Source: a virus (taxonomy: Duplodnaviria; Caudoviricetes). Taken from it: 58,751 bases of DNA. How positions within the stretch are numbered: the stretch's first letter is position 1; the number at the start of each line of letters is the position of its first letter. The DNA lies in the IMG/VR virus record IMGVR_UViG_3300030104_001141, positions 1-58,751 of that record, one strand, 5' to 3'. Position numbers and translations under genes: made by a program. Shown in pieces: positions 46,680 to 54,719 of the stretch. The notes under the pieces are model-generated. The model saw nothing but the letters and a program-made list of their open reading frames with translations, did not search any database and had not been told where the DNA came from.

Positions 46680-47320
46680 TATGACCTAGCTACTCTATAT
46701 ACTTCATCTCTATATTGGTCTCTAGTATTTTCTCCTTCTCCTAAAGTCTTTAATCTAGCTAAAGCTTGTTGATATCTATTATCATATACACCCATTAAAT
46801 CAGGCTCCCCTTTCATATATACATATGCTTCTAATAAACATCCATATAATAAAGCATTTGTAGCATTTGTAGATAACCATGTAGTTCCTGAATCAGCACC
46901 AGCAGTTATAGATGCTGGTCTATAAAAGTAATGTAATTCTACTGTAAAAGATGCATTAGGTGTTGGTCCAACAATAAAAGTTGTATCATCAAATATTGCA
47001 TAATGTTTTGGCACTCCTGTAGTATCTGGATTTGGATATGCTTCTCTAATAAAGTTTACATCTTTAAACATTAAAAATTCTTGATTACTTGAATTTGTTA
47101 TAGACAAAGAAAAATTATCTAAAAAATCTGTTGGTGTTGATAAGTATTTATTACCTGATGCTAAATTACCTTCTACATTTTTTCTAAAATTAGGAAGTTT
47201 AATTGTTTTTAAAATTCTTTCTTCTGCTTGTTTTATTATAAAAGGTAAATCAGAAACAAAAGTTGATTCAGTATTTTCTAAATAATTCTGTATTAAACTT
47301 TTTAATTCACTATATGTCAT
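46679..47320 (-). CDS. Head-tail adaptor-like protein
   Basis: MTYSELK..I.NY...FI.QAE.RI; G.PKHYA; GPTP; LLYG.LLEAY.YMK. Confidence 0.65.
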   Translation of the reverse strand: MTYSELKSLIQNYLENTESTFVSDLPFIIKQAEERILKTIKLPNFRKNVEGNLASGNKYLSTPTDFLDNFSLSITNSSNQEFLMFKDVNFIREAYPNPDTTGVPKHYAIFDDTTFIVGPTPNASFTVELHYFYRPASITAGADSGTTWLSTNATNALLYGCLLEAYVYMKGEPDLMGVYDNRYQQALARLKTLGEGENTRDQYRDEVYRVARS

Positions 47321-47321
47321 A

Positions 47322-47660
47322 TTAAGTTATAGAAACTTTTACAGTTCCAATTTCTCCTGTTATATCTAATCCTATTGTTGTTGAGCCTAATTGTGGATTA
47401 CCACCACCAACAGGATTAAATGAACCTAGTATTCTTGAATTTGCTTCTCCTGTATCTACTCTTGGTTCATATAAAGATTGCACATCTAAAGTAGTAACAA
47501 CATTAATGTCATACTGTGGATGGTCTGGGTCAAAACATTCTTCACAAACTTTTAAACCTGTATTAGTTTTATTTTGTATTTCATATCTAAGTTCTTTTAA
47601 CTTATATGTAAAGCCACATCTATCGCATATACCTAATGCTTTTTTTCCAATTGCATACAT
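47322..47660 (-). CDS. Zn-finger-like hypothetical protein
   Basis: ICDRCGF...VCEECFDPDHPQ. Confidence 0.7.
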   Translation of the reverse strand: MYAIGKKALGICDRCGFTYKLKELRYEIQNKTNTGLKVCEECFDPDHPQYDINVVTTLDVQSLYEPRVDTGEANSRILGSFNPVGGGNPQLGSTTIGLDITGEIGTVKVSIT

Positions 47661-48352
47661 TATGAATAAGAATTAAAAGGAACAAATCTTACAGATGCTC
47701 TTTCTCTATCAGCATCACTTACTTCATTCCATAGTTCTAAATATCTTTGTCTAATCATAGGTACTTTTGTTAAAGATTCTTCATGTTTACAAGCTATATT
47801 ATAAGCTAATCCATATGTTAAACATGGTAAATACCTAGTTGGAACAGCAGCATTATTACTTGCTAATGTACCAGCATCTTCTATTTTTTTTATATATTCA
47901 TATACTAAAGTATATGTTTCAGCAGAATCAGGTGTTGACCATAGTTTAATACTAGGATTTGCAACTCCTTTATCTAAATAAAATATTGTTGGTTTTGCTT
48001 CTGTTAATTTATTTGTTATATGAGAATACTCACTTACTGATATTCTTCTTAATGTTTGGTCTACTTGATTAGATGTATCTCCTGAATCAGTACGAATAAA
48101 AGCTTCTATTACTTCCATTACATCACTGCCAAGACTATATGTATTTGTTCCTGCTGTTAAAACTTGTGTACCTGTTTCAACAGTAAATAAATTTAAACCT
48201 TTGTTTTGCCATTCAAGAAATAATAAATCTAAACCTCTTTTAGCAGTTTTATAATCATATCCTGAACGCATTTCTAATCCACATAATTCATATGCTTCTT
48301 CAAGAATGTCTGATAAATCTAAATTAAAAGATGTTGTTCCACTTGTTGCCAT
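47660..48352 (-). CDS. Head completion/tail tubular A-like protein
   Basis: EEAYELCG.E.RSGYD.KTAKR.L.LLF.EW.N.GLNL; PTRYLPCL..GLAY. Confidence 0.6.
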   Translation of the reverse strand: MATSGTTSFNLDLSDILEEAYELCGLEMRSGYDYKTAKRGLDLLFLEWQNKGLNLFTVETGTQVLTAGTNTYSLGSDVMEVIEAFIRTDSGDTSNQVDQTLRRISVSEYSHITNKLTEAKPTIFYLDKGVANPSIKLWSTPDSAETYTLVYEYIKKIEDAGTLASNNAAVPTRYLPCLTYGLAYNIACKHEESLTKVPMIRQRYLELWNEVSDADRERASVRFVPFNSYS

Positions 48353-48449
48353 TATTTTTTCCTAATTTTTTTTGTTCCACATGGAACTTTTTTCTTTTTT
48401 TTACCAGCAGACTTTATTTGTTTTTTCATGCTGGTTCGTGAAATAACCA

Positions 48450-48752
48450 TTATCTACACTTCCATCTTCTACGAGCCTGTCTAATTCTTGAATTAGGGTC
48501 GTTTCTAGTTTTAGCTGAACTTCTTTTTAGTTGTCCTAAAGACCTAGCACAATAAGACTTTCTTCTTTTAGCAGCTTTACTACCTTTTTTAACTTTACCT
48601 GTTACAGCAGTTTTTAATTTACTTCCGGGATTTTTTTTTCTATAGGCTCTTACACCTTTAGCTGTCATACCAGCACCACTTTTTGTTGGGCGATAATTAG
48701 CACCCTTACCTTTAGTAGTTCTTCTTATAGGATTTTCTTTTTTTCTTGGCAT
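48450..48752 (-). CDS. Small highly basic protein
   Basis: GMTAKGV.AYR..NPGSKLK; RRKSYCAR; ARRRWKC. Confidence 0.7.
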   Translation of the reverse strand: MPRKKENPIRRTTKGKGANYRPTKSGAGMTAKGVRAYRKKNPGSKLKTAVTGKVKKGSKAAKRRKSYCARSLGQLKRSSAKTRNDPNSRIRQARRRWKCR

Positions 48753-49461
48753 AATCTTTATAAAATTGTTTTTCCCATATCTTATGTTTTTTCAAAGGTA
48801 CTTTAAAGTATGGTATTAGTCTTGCACTCTTAACTATACACCAATTAATTAAACTCCAAAACATAGGTAATGGTCTCATATAATCTAAAAATAATACAAC
48901 TCTATCATTGTCTGTCATATTGACTGCAAAATGTTCATATGTATCATCAAATACTACACATTTTCCTTCTTCCCATCTGTATTCTTTTTTATCACAAACT
49001 AAAACACAACCTTCTCCATCTTTAGGTATTATTAAACCTAAGTGTATTCTTATAACACCACACCAAGGACCTTCATGTGGCATGAGCATTTTATTTGGAC
49101 CAAGAACTGAAAAGTATGCAGATACTATATTTCTATCTTTCTCTAGTATCTTCATTGTTTTAGGAAATTGTTTACAGTTTTTTTTAAATTCAACTGTAGC
49201 TGCTTTTAAGAAAAACATTTTCCATTTATCATCATTAGAAATATATATTTGGTCTGGACTTATCTCATGAAATAGAGCAAATTCATTTACTCTTTTCATC
49301 ATTACATCTAATTCTTTTCTAATAATAGGAAAAGCTTCTTCTAAATCTTTAGTAATTGGAAATTGTTCTTTTTTGAAATAAGAACTATTACCTACTAATG
49401 AATTTTTTCTAAAAATGGGTCGCATATATTTTTCAATAAACCACCCATTTACTTCAACCAT
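48712..49461 (-). CDS. Aspartyl/asparaginyl beta-hydroxylase (LpxO-like) 2OG-Fe(II) oxygenase
   Basis: AYFSVLGP....PH.G....IRIHLGL.IP; W.EG...VFDDTYEH...N.....RVVLFLD. Confidence 0.85.
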   Translation of the reverse strand: MVEVNGWFIEKYMRPIFRKNSLVGNSSYFKKEQFPITKDLEEAFPIIRKELDVMMKRVNEFALFHEISPDQIYISNDDKWKMFFLKAATVEFKKNCKQFPKTMKILEKDRNIVSAYFSVLGPNKMLMPHEGPWCGVIRIHLGLIIPKDGEGCVLVCDKKEYRWEEGKCVVFDDTYEHFAVNMTDNDRVVLFLDYMRPLPMFWSLINWCIVKSARLIPYFKVPLKKHKIWEKQFYKDYAKKKRKSYKKNY

Positions 49462-49600
49462 AAGTAATAACTATACTTTTCCGCCAGTTTTCTTTTTAAC
49501 AACTTCGTTAAAAGTAGGAACAGTTTTACCTTTCATCATTCCTTTCATTTTTGATGAATACTTAGATGTTTTACCACCATTTTTCATCTTTGAGCTATAT

Positions 49601-49852
49601 TTACTTTTTTTCATTTTTTACCTTTTTAGTTTTTTTAGCAGGTGCTTTTTTAGCAGGTGCTTTTTTAGCAGGTGCTTTTTTTGTTTTAGTTGTAGTTTTC
49701 TTTTGAGGTTGTAACTCTAAAAGCATTTTATCTGCTTCTGCTTCTTTCATAGGTCCAGCTATAAGTTCTTCACCTATTTTACCTTTCCATATTAAAAATG
49801 CAGGAGTTTCATTTCCATCATTAAAATAACCGTTTTCTTCTTTTATATACAT
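49601..49852 (-). CDS. Hypothetical protein with histone-like PAKKA tail
   Basis: 3 x 15-nt tandem repeat encoding APAKK at about 49632-49680. Confidence 0.65.
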   Translation of the reverse strand: MYIKEENGYFNDGNETPAFLIWKGKIGEELIAGPMKEAEADKMLLELQPQKKTTTKTKKAPAKKAPAKKAPAKKTKKVKNEKK

Positions 49853-49856
49853 AATA

Positions 49857-50255
49857 TTAATAATGTTTAATTAATTCTAAGATAATACTATAAGTATCAC
49901 CGTCAGAATGTCCAACAGTAGTAAATAGAACATCTCCATTTACACCACTACCGGCATTGTTAGGTATTCCTGAAAAACTAGAAAAATCCATTAAATCAGT
50001 AGTACCAGCTAATTCTAAAATGAAAGCATTTGTACTTGCGTTAAAATGCATTTGTACTTGCATTCCATCTATAGCATACCATATTTTATTAATAGTAACT
50101 TTAGAACAAGCTATTCCTGTAGCACTTGGTTTCAAACCTGAAACATCAACTTTAGTTACTGCGGATTCACCTGAACCATCACTAATATTTGTAAACTTAA
50201 GGACAGCAGTTCTACTGCCATCCTGTATTGTTTGTGAAGTAACTGCATCAGCCAT
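49857..50255 (-). CDS. Virion structural protein
   Basis: MADAVTSQTI.DG...VLKFTN.SDG.GES.V.KVDVS. Confidence 0.65.
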   Translation of the reverse strand: MADAVTSQTIQDGSRTAVLKFTNISDGSGESAVTKVDVSGLKPSATGIACSKVTINKIWYAIDGMQVQMHFNASTNAFILELAGTTDLMDFSSFSGIPNNAGSGVNGDVLFTTVGHSDGDTYSIILELIKHY

Positions 50256-50268
50256 AATTTACTCCTTA

Positions 50269-50796
50269 TTAAGATTGGTCAGTAAATGCTGGAACATCTG
50301 CACCTTCTTGATTACCCCAGATGTACCAATTAGTACTATCTTTAGCTAATATATTAATTTCAAACAAACCAAAGTCTGTAAGAGTTAATATAGAGTTTGA
50401 GTTACCATCTGAATATACAGAAAGATTGTCTGCATTAGAATCTAAATGAACAATGCCGCCAATATAAAAATTAGCATCTGCACCTGTATCAATAATAAGA
50501 TTTTCTGTTTCTTCAGCAGCACCGCCATAAATTAATTTAAAATATACACCTGCTGATGGAGAAGGTAATGTTAATGTGCAGTTAGCTGAAAGTGCTGGTA
50601 CTACAGAAACTCTACCACCATGAGCAGTTGCTGTTAAAGAAATAGCTGTTGTATCAGCTAAAGCTACAGGAGTAACTTGCATACCATCACCATTTAAAGT
50701 GAATTCAGTAGTTACAGCACCTGTAGTTGAATTTTTAGATACGACTTGAAAGCCGTTTTCGGACCTAACTGGTCCATTAAATGTTGTGTTAGCCAT
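50269..50796 (-). CDS. Virion structural protein (head fibre/decoration-like)
   Basis: MANTTFNGPVRSENGF; TLTLPSP.AG; directly after MCP. Confidence 0.6.
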   Translation of the reverse strand: MANTTFNGPVRSENGFQVVSKNSTTGAVTTEFTLNGDGMQVTPVALADTTAISLTATAHGGRVSVVPALSANCTLTLPSPSAGVYFKLIYGGAAEETENLIIDTGADANFYIGGIVHLDSNADNLSVYSDGNSNSILTLTDFGLFEINILAKDSTNWYIWGNQEGADVPAFTDQS

Positions 50797-50816
50797 TATT
50801 TTCTCCTAAAAGAATA

Positions 50817-50875
50817 ATCTATCATCTTGGCAAAGTCTGCTAGGGCAGTTGATAGACAGTTAAAAAAATCCCTAG
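50817..50875 (-). ncRNA. Pseudoknot in the leader of the post-MCP gene
   Basis: On the - strand CUAGGG/CCCUAG stem; loop GUCUAUCA pairs with UGAUAGAU just before the SD. Confidence 0.5.
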
Positions 50876-50878
50876 AAT

Positions 50879-50901
50879 AAAAAGGGAGACCGAAGCCTCC
50901 C
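50879..50901 (-). terminator. Rho-independent terminator after MCP
   Basis: GGGAGGC-TTCG-GTCTCCC followed by a U-tract. Confidence 0.85.
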
Positions 50902-50916
50902 TAAGAAAGTCAAGAC

Positions 50917-51855
50917 CTAGCTTGAACCCGGTGAACCATAGATACCTAGTGGGTCAGATACGCCGAAGCTATATCTTTCTCTACTTTTATATCTAACATT
51001 ACCAGTGTCAAAGTCTCCGTCCATTGAAGTTTCCAAAGCTGTTCTTTGGAAATGTTTCATACCATTAGGTACATCAGTAATGATAAAGAACGCATTTGTA
51101 TCTGTAAGATAATGGTTAACCATATATCCTTCAGGTATAGCACCATTATTGGTGATAGCGTTAATATCATTGTCTGCTGTTCCCGGTCTCATTTGAGACT
51201 CTAAAAGACGAGTTGCTGTAAACTGCAATGCAGGTGGTACAATCAATCTTTTTGGTTTAGCTGCAATGAGCAGACCTCTTTGGTCTTTAAAAGCTGCAAT
51301 GTTAATGATAGCATCTTCTAAAGATGTTTCATTAAGGTCAGCACCCGTTACCGGTCTGTTGCTGTTAGTCCCACCATTTACTAATGGGTGACCTCCACCT
51401 CCAGTAACTCCATCACTTGCTGCTGTAAATAAATTTACACCATCACCTGATTGGAAGCTGTTGCTGAATCCATTGTTTAATGGAGCCGCAGATTTCACTT
51501 GTTTTGTATAAGCCATAGCTCTTGCCAAAGCTTTTGTATAACGAGCAGAAAGAGAATCATAAAGATTATCTTCAATTGCTTCTTCTGTTATAGAAAAACC
51601 TAGTGCAATAGTTTCGTGATTATACCTAGCAGTAAAGCTTTCTTGTGCAGAATCATAACTGATTGCTGAACCTTCGTTCTTTACACTAGCTTGACCAAAT
51701 CCACTTAACTGTACTTCTTCTTCAAAAGACCTATCAGAAGATTCAGTTTCGTAAATCATAGTATGCTCATCATCGTACTTTTCGTATTCCAACCCAAACA
51801 GAGCATTAAGTCCGGGCAGAAGTTCTTTCATCATTTGTGGTCTAGCGATAGCCAT
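50917..51855 (-). CDS. Major capsid protein
   Basis: KELLPGLNALFG.EY; ITEEAIEDNLY; PKRLIVPP.L; GDFDTGNVRYKSRERYSFG; strong SD and terminator. Confidence 0.88.
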   Translation of the reverse strand: MAIARPQMMKELLPGLNALFGLEYEKYDDEHTMIYETESSDRSFEEEVQLSGFGQASVKNEGSAISYDSAQESFTARYNHETIALGFSITEEAIEDNLYDSLSARYTKALARAMAYTKQVKSAAPLNNGFSNSFQSGDGVNLFTAASDGVTGGGGHPLVNGGTNSNRPVTGADLNETSLEDAIINIAAFKDQRGLLIAAKPKRLIVPPALQFTATRLLESQMRPGTADNDINAITNNGAIPEGYMVNHYLTDTNAFFIITDVPNGMKHFQRTALETSMDGDFDTGNVRYKSRERYSFGVSDPLGIYGSPGSS

Positions 51856-51874
51856 AATAATATCCTCCTATGGA

Positions 51875-52453
51875 TTAAATGCCTGTTGTGTTAAGTAATT
51901 GATGTCCAACATTGAACATAACAATTACATCTGTATATGCATCACCTACTTCACTATCAGGTCCTTCAACGAACTCGATAATTTTTACAGGTAATGTAGC
52001 CGTGGTTGCAATTGTAGAAGCATCTACAGAGTTTTTACTTCTGCCAACACTTGTACTTCCAGCAGTTTGTACAACTGCTGCATTATTTCCTAATGCTGTT
52101 TGAGCTAAAGATGCATCACCTTGCATTTTCATCTCAACAAAAGGGTCGTTTAAAACATAAGCACTAATATCACTAGCAACAGTTGATGCTGGATAATATT
52201 GTGAAAATGTTAATTGGTTTGTATTAGGGTCTGTATAAGAACATCCCATAAATACTCCTATAGGAGTTAATGCTGTTGTACCAGTATCAAGTGTTACTAC
52301 ACCTGCACTGGTCATCTTAACAAAATCTCCATAGAATATAGCAGTGCCGTCATTAGACGCAATCTTATAGTGTCTGACTTTTCCTGTATAGGAGCCACTT
52401 GCACTTAAAGTTCCGACTGGTTCAGCACCCATTGGTGTTGCCGTTGCTGACAT
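51875..52453 (-). CDS. Capsid-associated (cement/decoration-like) protein
   Basis: IFYGDFV; GVFMGCSYTDP; directly upstream of MCP. Confidence 0.6.
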   Translation of the reverse strand: MSATATPMGAEPVGTLSASGSYTGKVRHYKIASNDGTAIFYGDFVKMTSAGVVTLDTGTTALTPIGVFMGCSYTDPNTNQLTFSQYYPASTVASDISAYVLNDPFVEMKMQGDASLAQTALGNNAAVVQTAGSTSVGRSKNSVDASTIATTATLPVKIIEFVEGPDSEVGDAYTDVIVMFNVGHQLLNTTGI

Positions 52454-52503
52454 ATCTATTTCCTTTTAAATAAAGTTATATTAAGCAACCCCAGTAAAAA
52501 TTC

Positions 52504-53010
52504 TTACTTAGAGCCGCCGCCAAAAGTAGACCTTGTTTTGCGTTCTGGTTTTAACAGAGGCATACGAGGGTCATTCTCTTTTAAATAATTGTTGTCCACA
52601 CCTTCCATTTGAGTTTGTGCTATATTTCTATAGTACTCATCTCTTTGCTCCATAAGTTCTTTTGGAGCTTTGCATAACAATAATCCACCAACTTCCATGT
52701 TACCTTTATCAGCCCATTCTGAGCCGTGGTCACTTACTAAATTTAATTCAGGATGGTCTTCTGCTTTCACAGGTTCCCAACCTTCTCTAAATTTAGAAGA
52801 AACATTAACATTATTTGGTTGACCTAAAATACTTGTTGCCACCCATCTAAATACCCATCCGTCTTGTGGTGCTGGATTAGGTAACTTTGATTGTGGTTCC
52901 CATGTATCAGTTGTTCTTGCAGTTTGTGTTCTGGAATCTGCTTCTCTTGCTGCTCTTGTAACTTCTTCAGTTACTTTTTCATTTACTTCTATATTTTTAT
53001 CTTCAGCCAT
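52504..53010 (-). CDS. Head module protein
   Basis: GWVFRWV...N...KFREGWEPV; GGLLLCKAP. Confidence 0.7.
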   Translation of the reverse strand: MAEDKNIEVNEKVTEEVTRAAREADSRTQTARTTDTWEPQSKLPNPAPQDGWVFRWVATSILGQPNNVNVSSKFREGWEPVKAEDHPELNLVSDHGSEWADKGNMEVGGLLLCKAPKELMEQRDEYYRNIAQTQMEGVDNNYLKENDPRMPLLKPERKTRSTFGGGSK

Positions 53011-54082
53011 TATTCATCTCCTTAGCGACTTGTTTGGCATATTGCTCTGGTGTTATCCCAAGTCTTCTTGCGAGGGAGACTTGAGTTGATGTTAACTGCA
53101 CTTTGCGGGGTATTGCACCATTATTTCTAGTTGCTGGTGCCACCACCGATGAAGGTTTCTTAGAACTCGCAGTTGTAGCAACAACTTCGTCATTGCTTTC
53201 ATCTTGTGTTTCAGTTCCAAAAAACTCAGGAAATTTACTTCGCATACGCTTGTCAACTTCCTGATAATACTGCTCACTTGTAGGGACTATACCTTCATCT
53301 TTAATAAGAGTCTCATGTAATCCATACGCATAACCAGTCATGTCTCTATGTTTTTCATTTCCAAACCATGTATTTTTTTGCAACCATTCAACTGCTTTAG
53401 GGTCAATTGGTGCTTGTGGTACAGGTTGTTCTTGTTGTACAGGTTGTTGTGTCTGTACATTTTGTTCTGTTATTTTATTTTGCTGTTGATAGTAATTTAA
53501 TTTATCGTTTGTTGTTTTTAAATCAACTTGAGAATTTAATATCTTCTCATTAGCTGCCAACATTTTTTCACTATCACCACTTTCATAAGCTTCTTTAAAT
53601 TCTTGTTTAGCTTTATCAATTTCAGCAGTTGCTTTAGCAGATATCTGACCTAATAAAGCTTCTTCTCCTTTATTGATTAAAGCTGACAATCTTTTATTTT
53701 CAGCTAAAACTTGTTGAGCATAACCTACTGATTCGTCTCTTACTTTAGAAGCAGCTTCTTTTGCTCGTCTTTCTTCGTGGTATTCATACTTAAGTCTATT
53801 AATTCTTTTTTTAACTTGTTCATCAATACCATCTATTTCAGATTCTAAATCATCATCATCTTTTTTAGATTCTTTTCTTTTAGGTTTTCTATCAGCTATA
53901 GGTCTATCATCAATAACTTCTACTTCAACTTCATCTTTTGATTCTGTTGTTGTTTCTTTTTTATCAGAAGACTTACCAATAGTAGTCTTTACTCCAAAAA
54001 ATTTATCTTCTGCCGAAGTTTCAGGTTGAGTAATTTCTTCTGTAACTTCTTGTTCTACGGCATTATTTTCTTCTTTCATCAT
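53003..54082 (-). CDS. Scaffolding-like protein
   Basis: Acidic coiled coil; W...N.WFG; C-terminal 'ARRLGITPEQYAK'. Confidence 0.7.
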   Translation of the reverse strand: MMKEENNAVEQEVTEEITQPETSAEDKFFGVKTTIGKSSDKKETTTESKDEVEVEVIDDRPIADRKPKRKESKKDDDDLESEIDGIDEQVKKRINRLKYEYHEERRAKEAASKVRDESVGYAQQVLAENKRLSALINKGEEALLGQISAKATAEIDKAKQEFKEAYESGDSEKMLAANEKILNSQVDLKTTNDKLNYYQQQNKITEQNVQTQQPVQQEQPVPQAPIDPKAVEWLQKNTWFGNEKHRDMTGYAYGLHETLIKDEGIVPTSEQYYQEVDKRMRSKFPEFFGTETQDESNDEVVATTASSKKPSSVVAPATRNNGAIPRKVQLTSTQVSLARRLGITPEQYAKQVAKEMNNG

Positions 54083-54477
54083 ACTACCTTAACTATGCCT
54101 CTTGGGTCTTCAACTACAGCTTCTACACTGTCGTCATTAATTAAACGAAATTCTTTTCCATGTACTAAAAATCTTGTACCTGAATAAGAACGCATAATTA
54201 TCCAATCACCTTCTTTGCAGAAAGGTCCACTTGGAAATCTTTTTTTATCGTTGTAACAATCTTCACCCATTTTTATAACAAAGCCACAAATAGAACCAAC
54301 TTCTTCAACTTGCATTGTTTGAGCTGCTTTTATTATTCCGCCTTTTGTTTTTTCTTCTGCTTCAGGTAAAGCTATTAATAGTTTGTAACCTTTTGGTATA
54401 GGTAGTTGTTTTGCTTTACGAGCTTTTACATCACTCGTATCTTTTTTTGCAGGTTCTACTTTTTTTGTAGATTCCAT
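54079..54477 (-). CDS. groES: GroES-like co-chaperonin
   Basis: P.GYKLLI...EEKTKGGII; V.KMG; EGDW; YSGT; FRLINDDSVEAVV. Confidence 0.85.
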   Translation of the reverse strand: MESTKKVEPAKKDTSDVKARKAKQLPIPKGYKLLIALPEAEEKTKGGIIKAAQTMQVEEVGSICGFVIKMGEDCYNDKKRFPSGPFCKEGDWIIMRSYSGTRFLVHGKEFRLINDDSVEAVVEDPRGIVKVV

Positions 54478-54521
54478 TTATATCTCCTTTGCACTAGATA
54501 TAGGTCTAGGTCCTTGCGGCT

Positions 54522-54719
54522 TTATTGCCGATTTGCTATCTCAAGTAAATCAAGTATATCTCTTTCTACTAAAGCTAGTCCAGATATTATTCCTGTTAAA
54601 TATCTGTATTCTTCAAAATCTTTACAGTTGCCTGTACTCATATGGTCAGCATGTTCATTCATGCGTTCCCTTATTTTTGTTTGCAAGGCATCAACTATAT
54701 TTTCTTGTGTAGCACTCAT
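54522..54719 (-). CDS. Small hypothetical protein
   Basis: DFEEYRYLTG.I.GL; between portal and groES. Confidence 0.7.
   Translation of the reverse strand: MSATQENIVDALQTKIRERMNEHADHMSTGNCKDFEEYRYLTGIISGLALVERDILDLLEIANRQ

Noticed and set aside
54079-54477. groES without groEL as a novelty
   Set aside because: Solo GroES-like co-chaperonins beside portal and capsid genes are common in phages.
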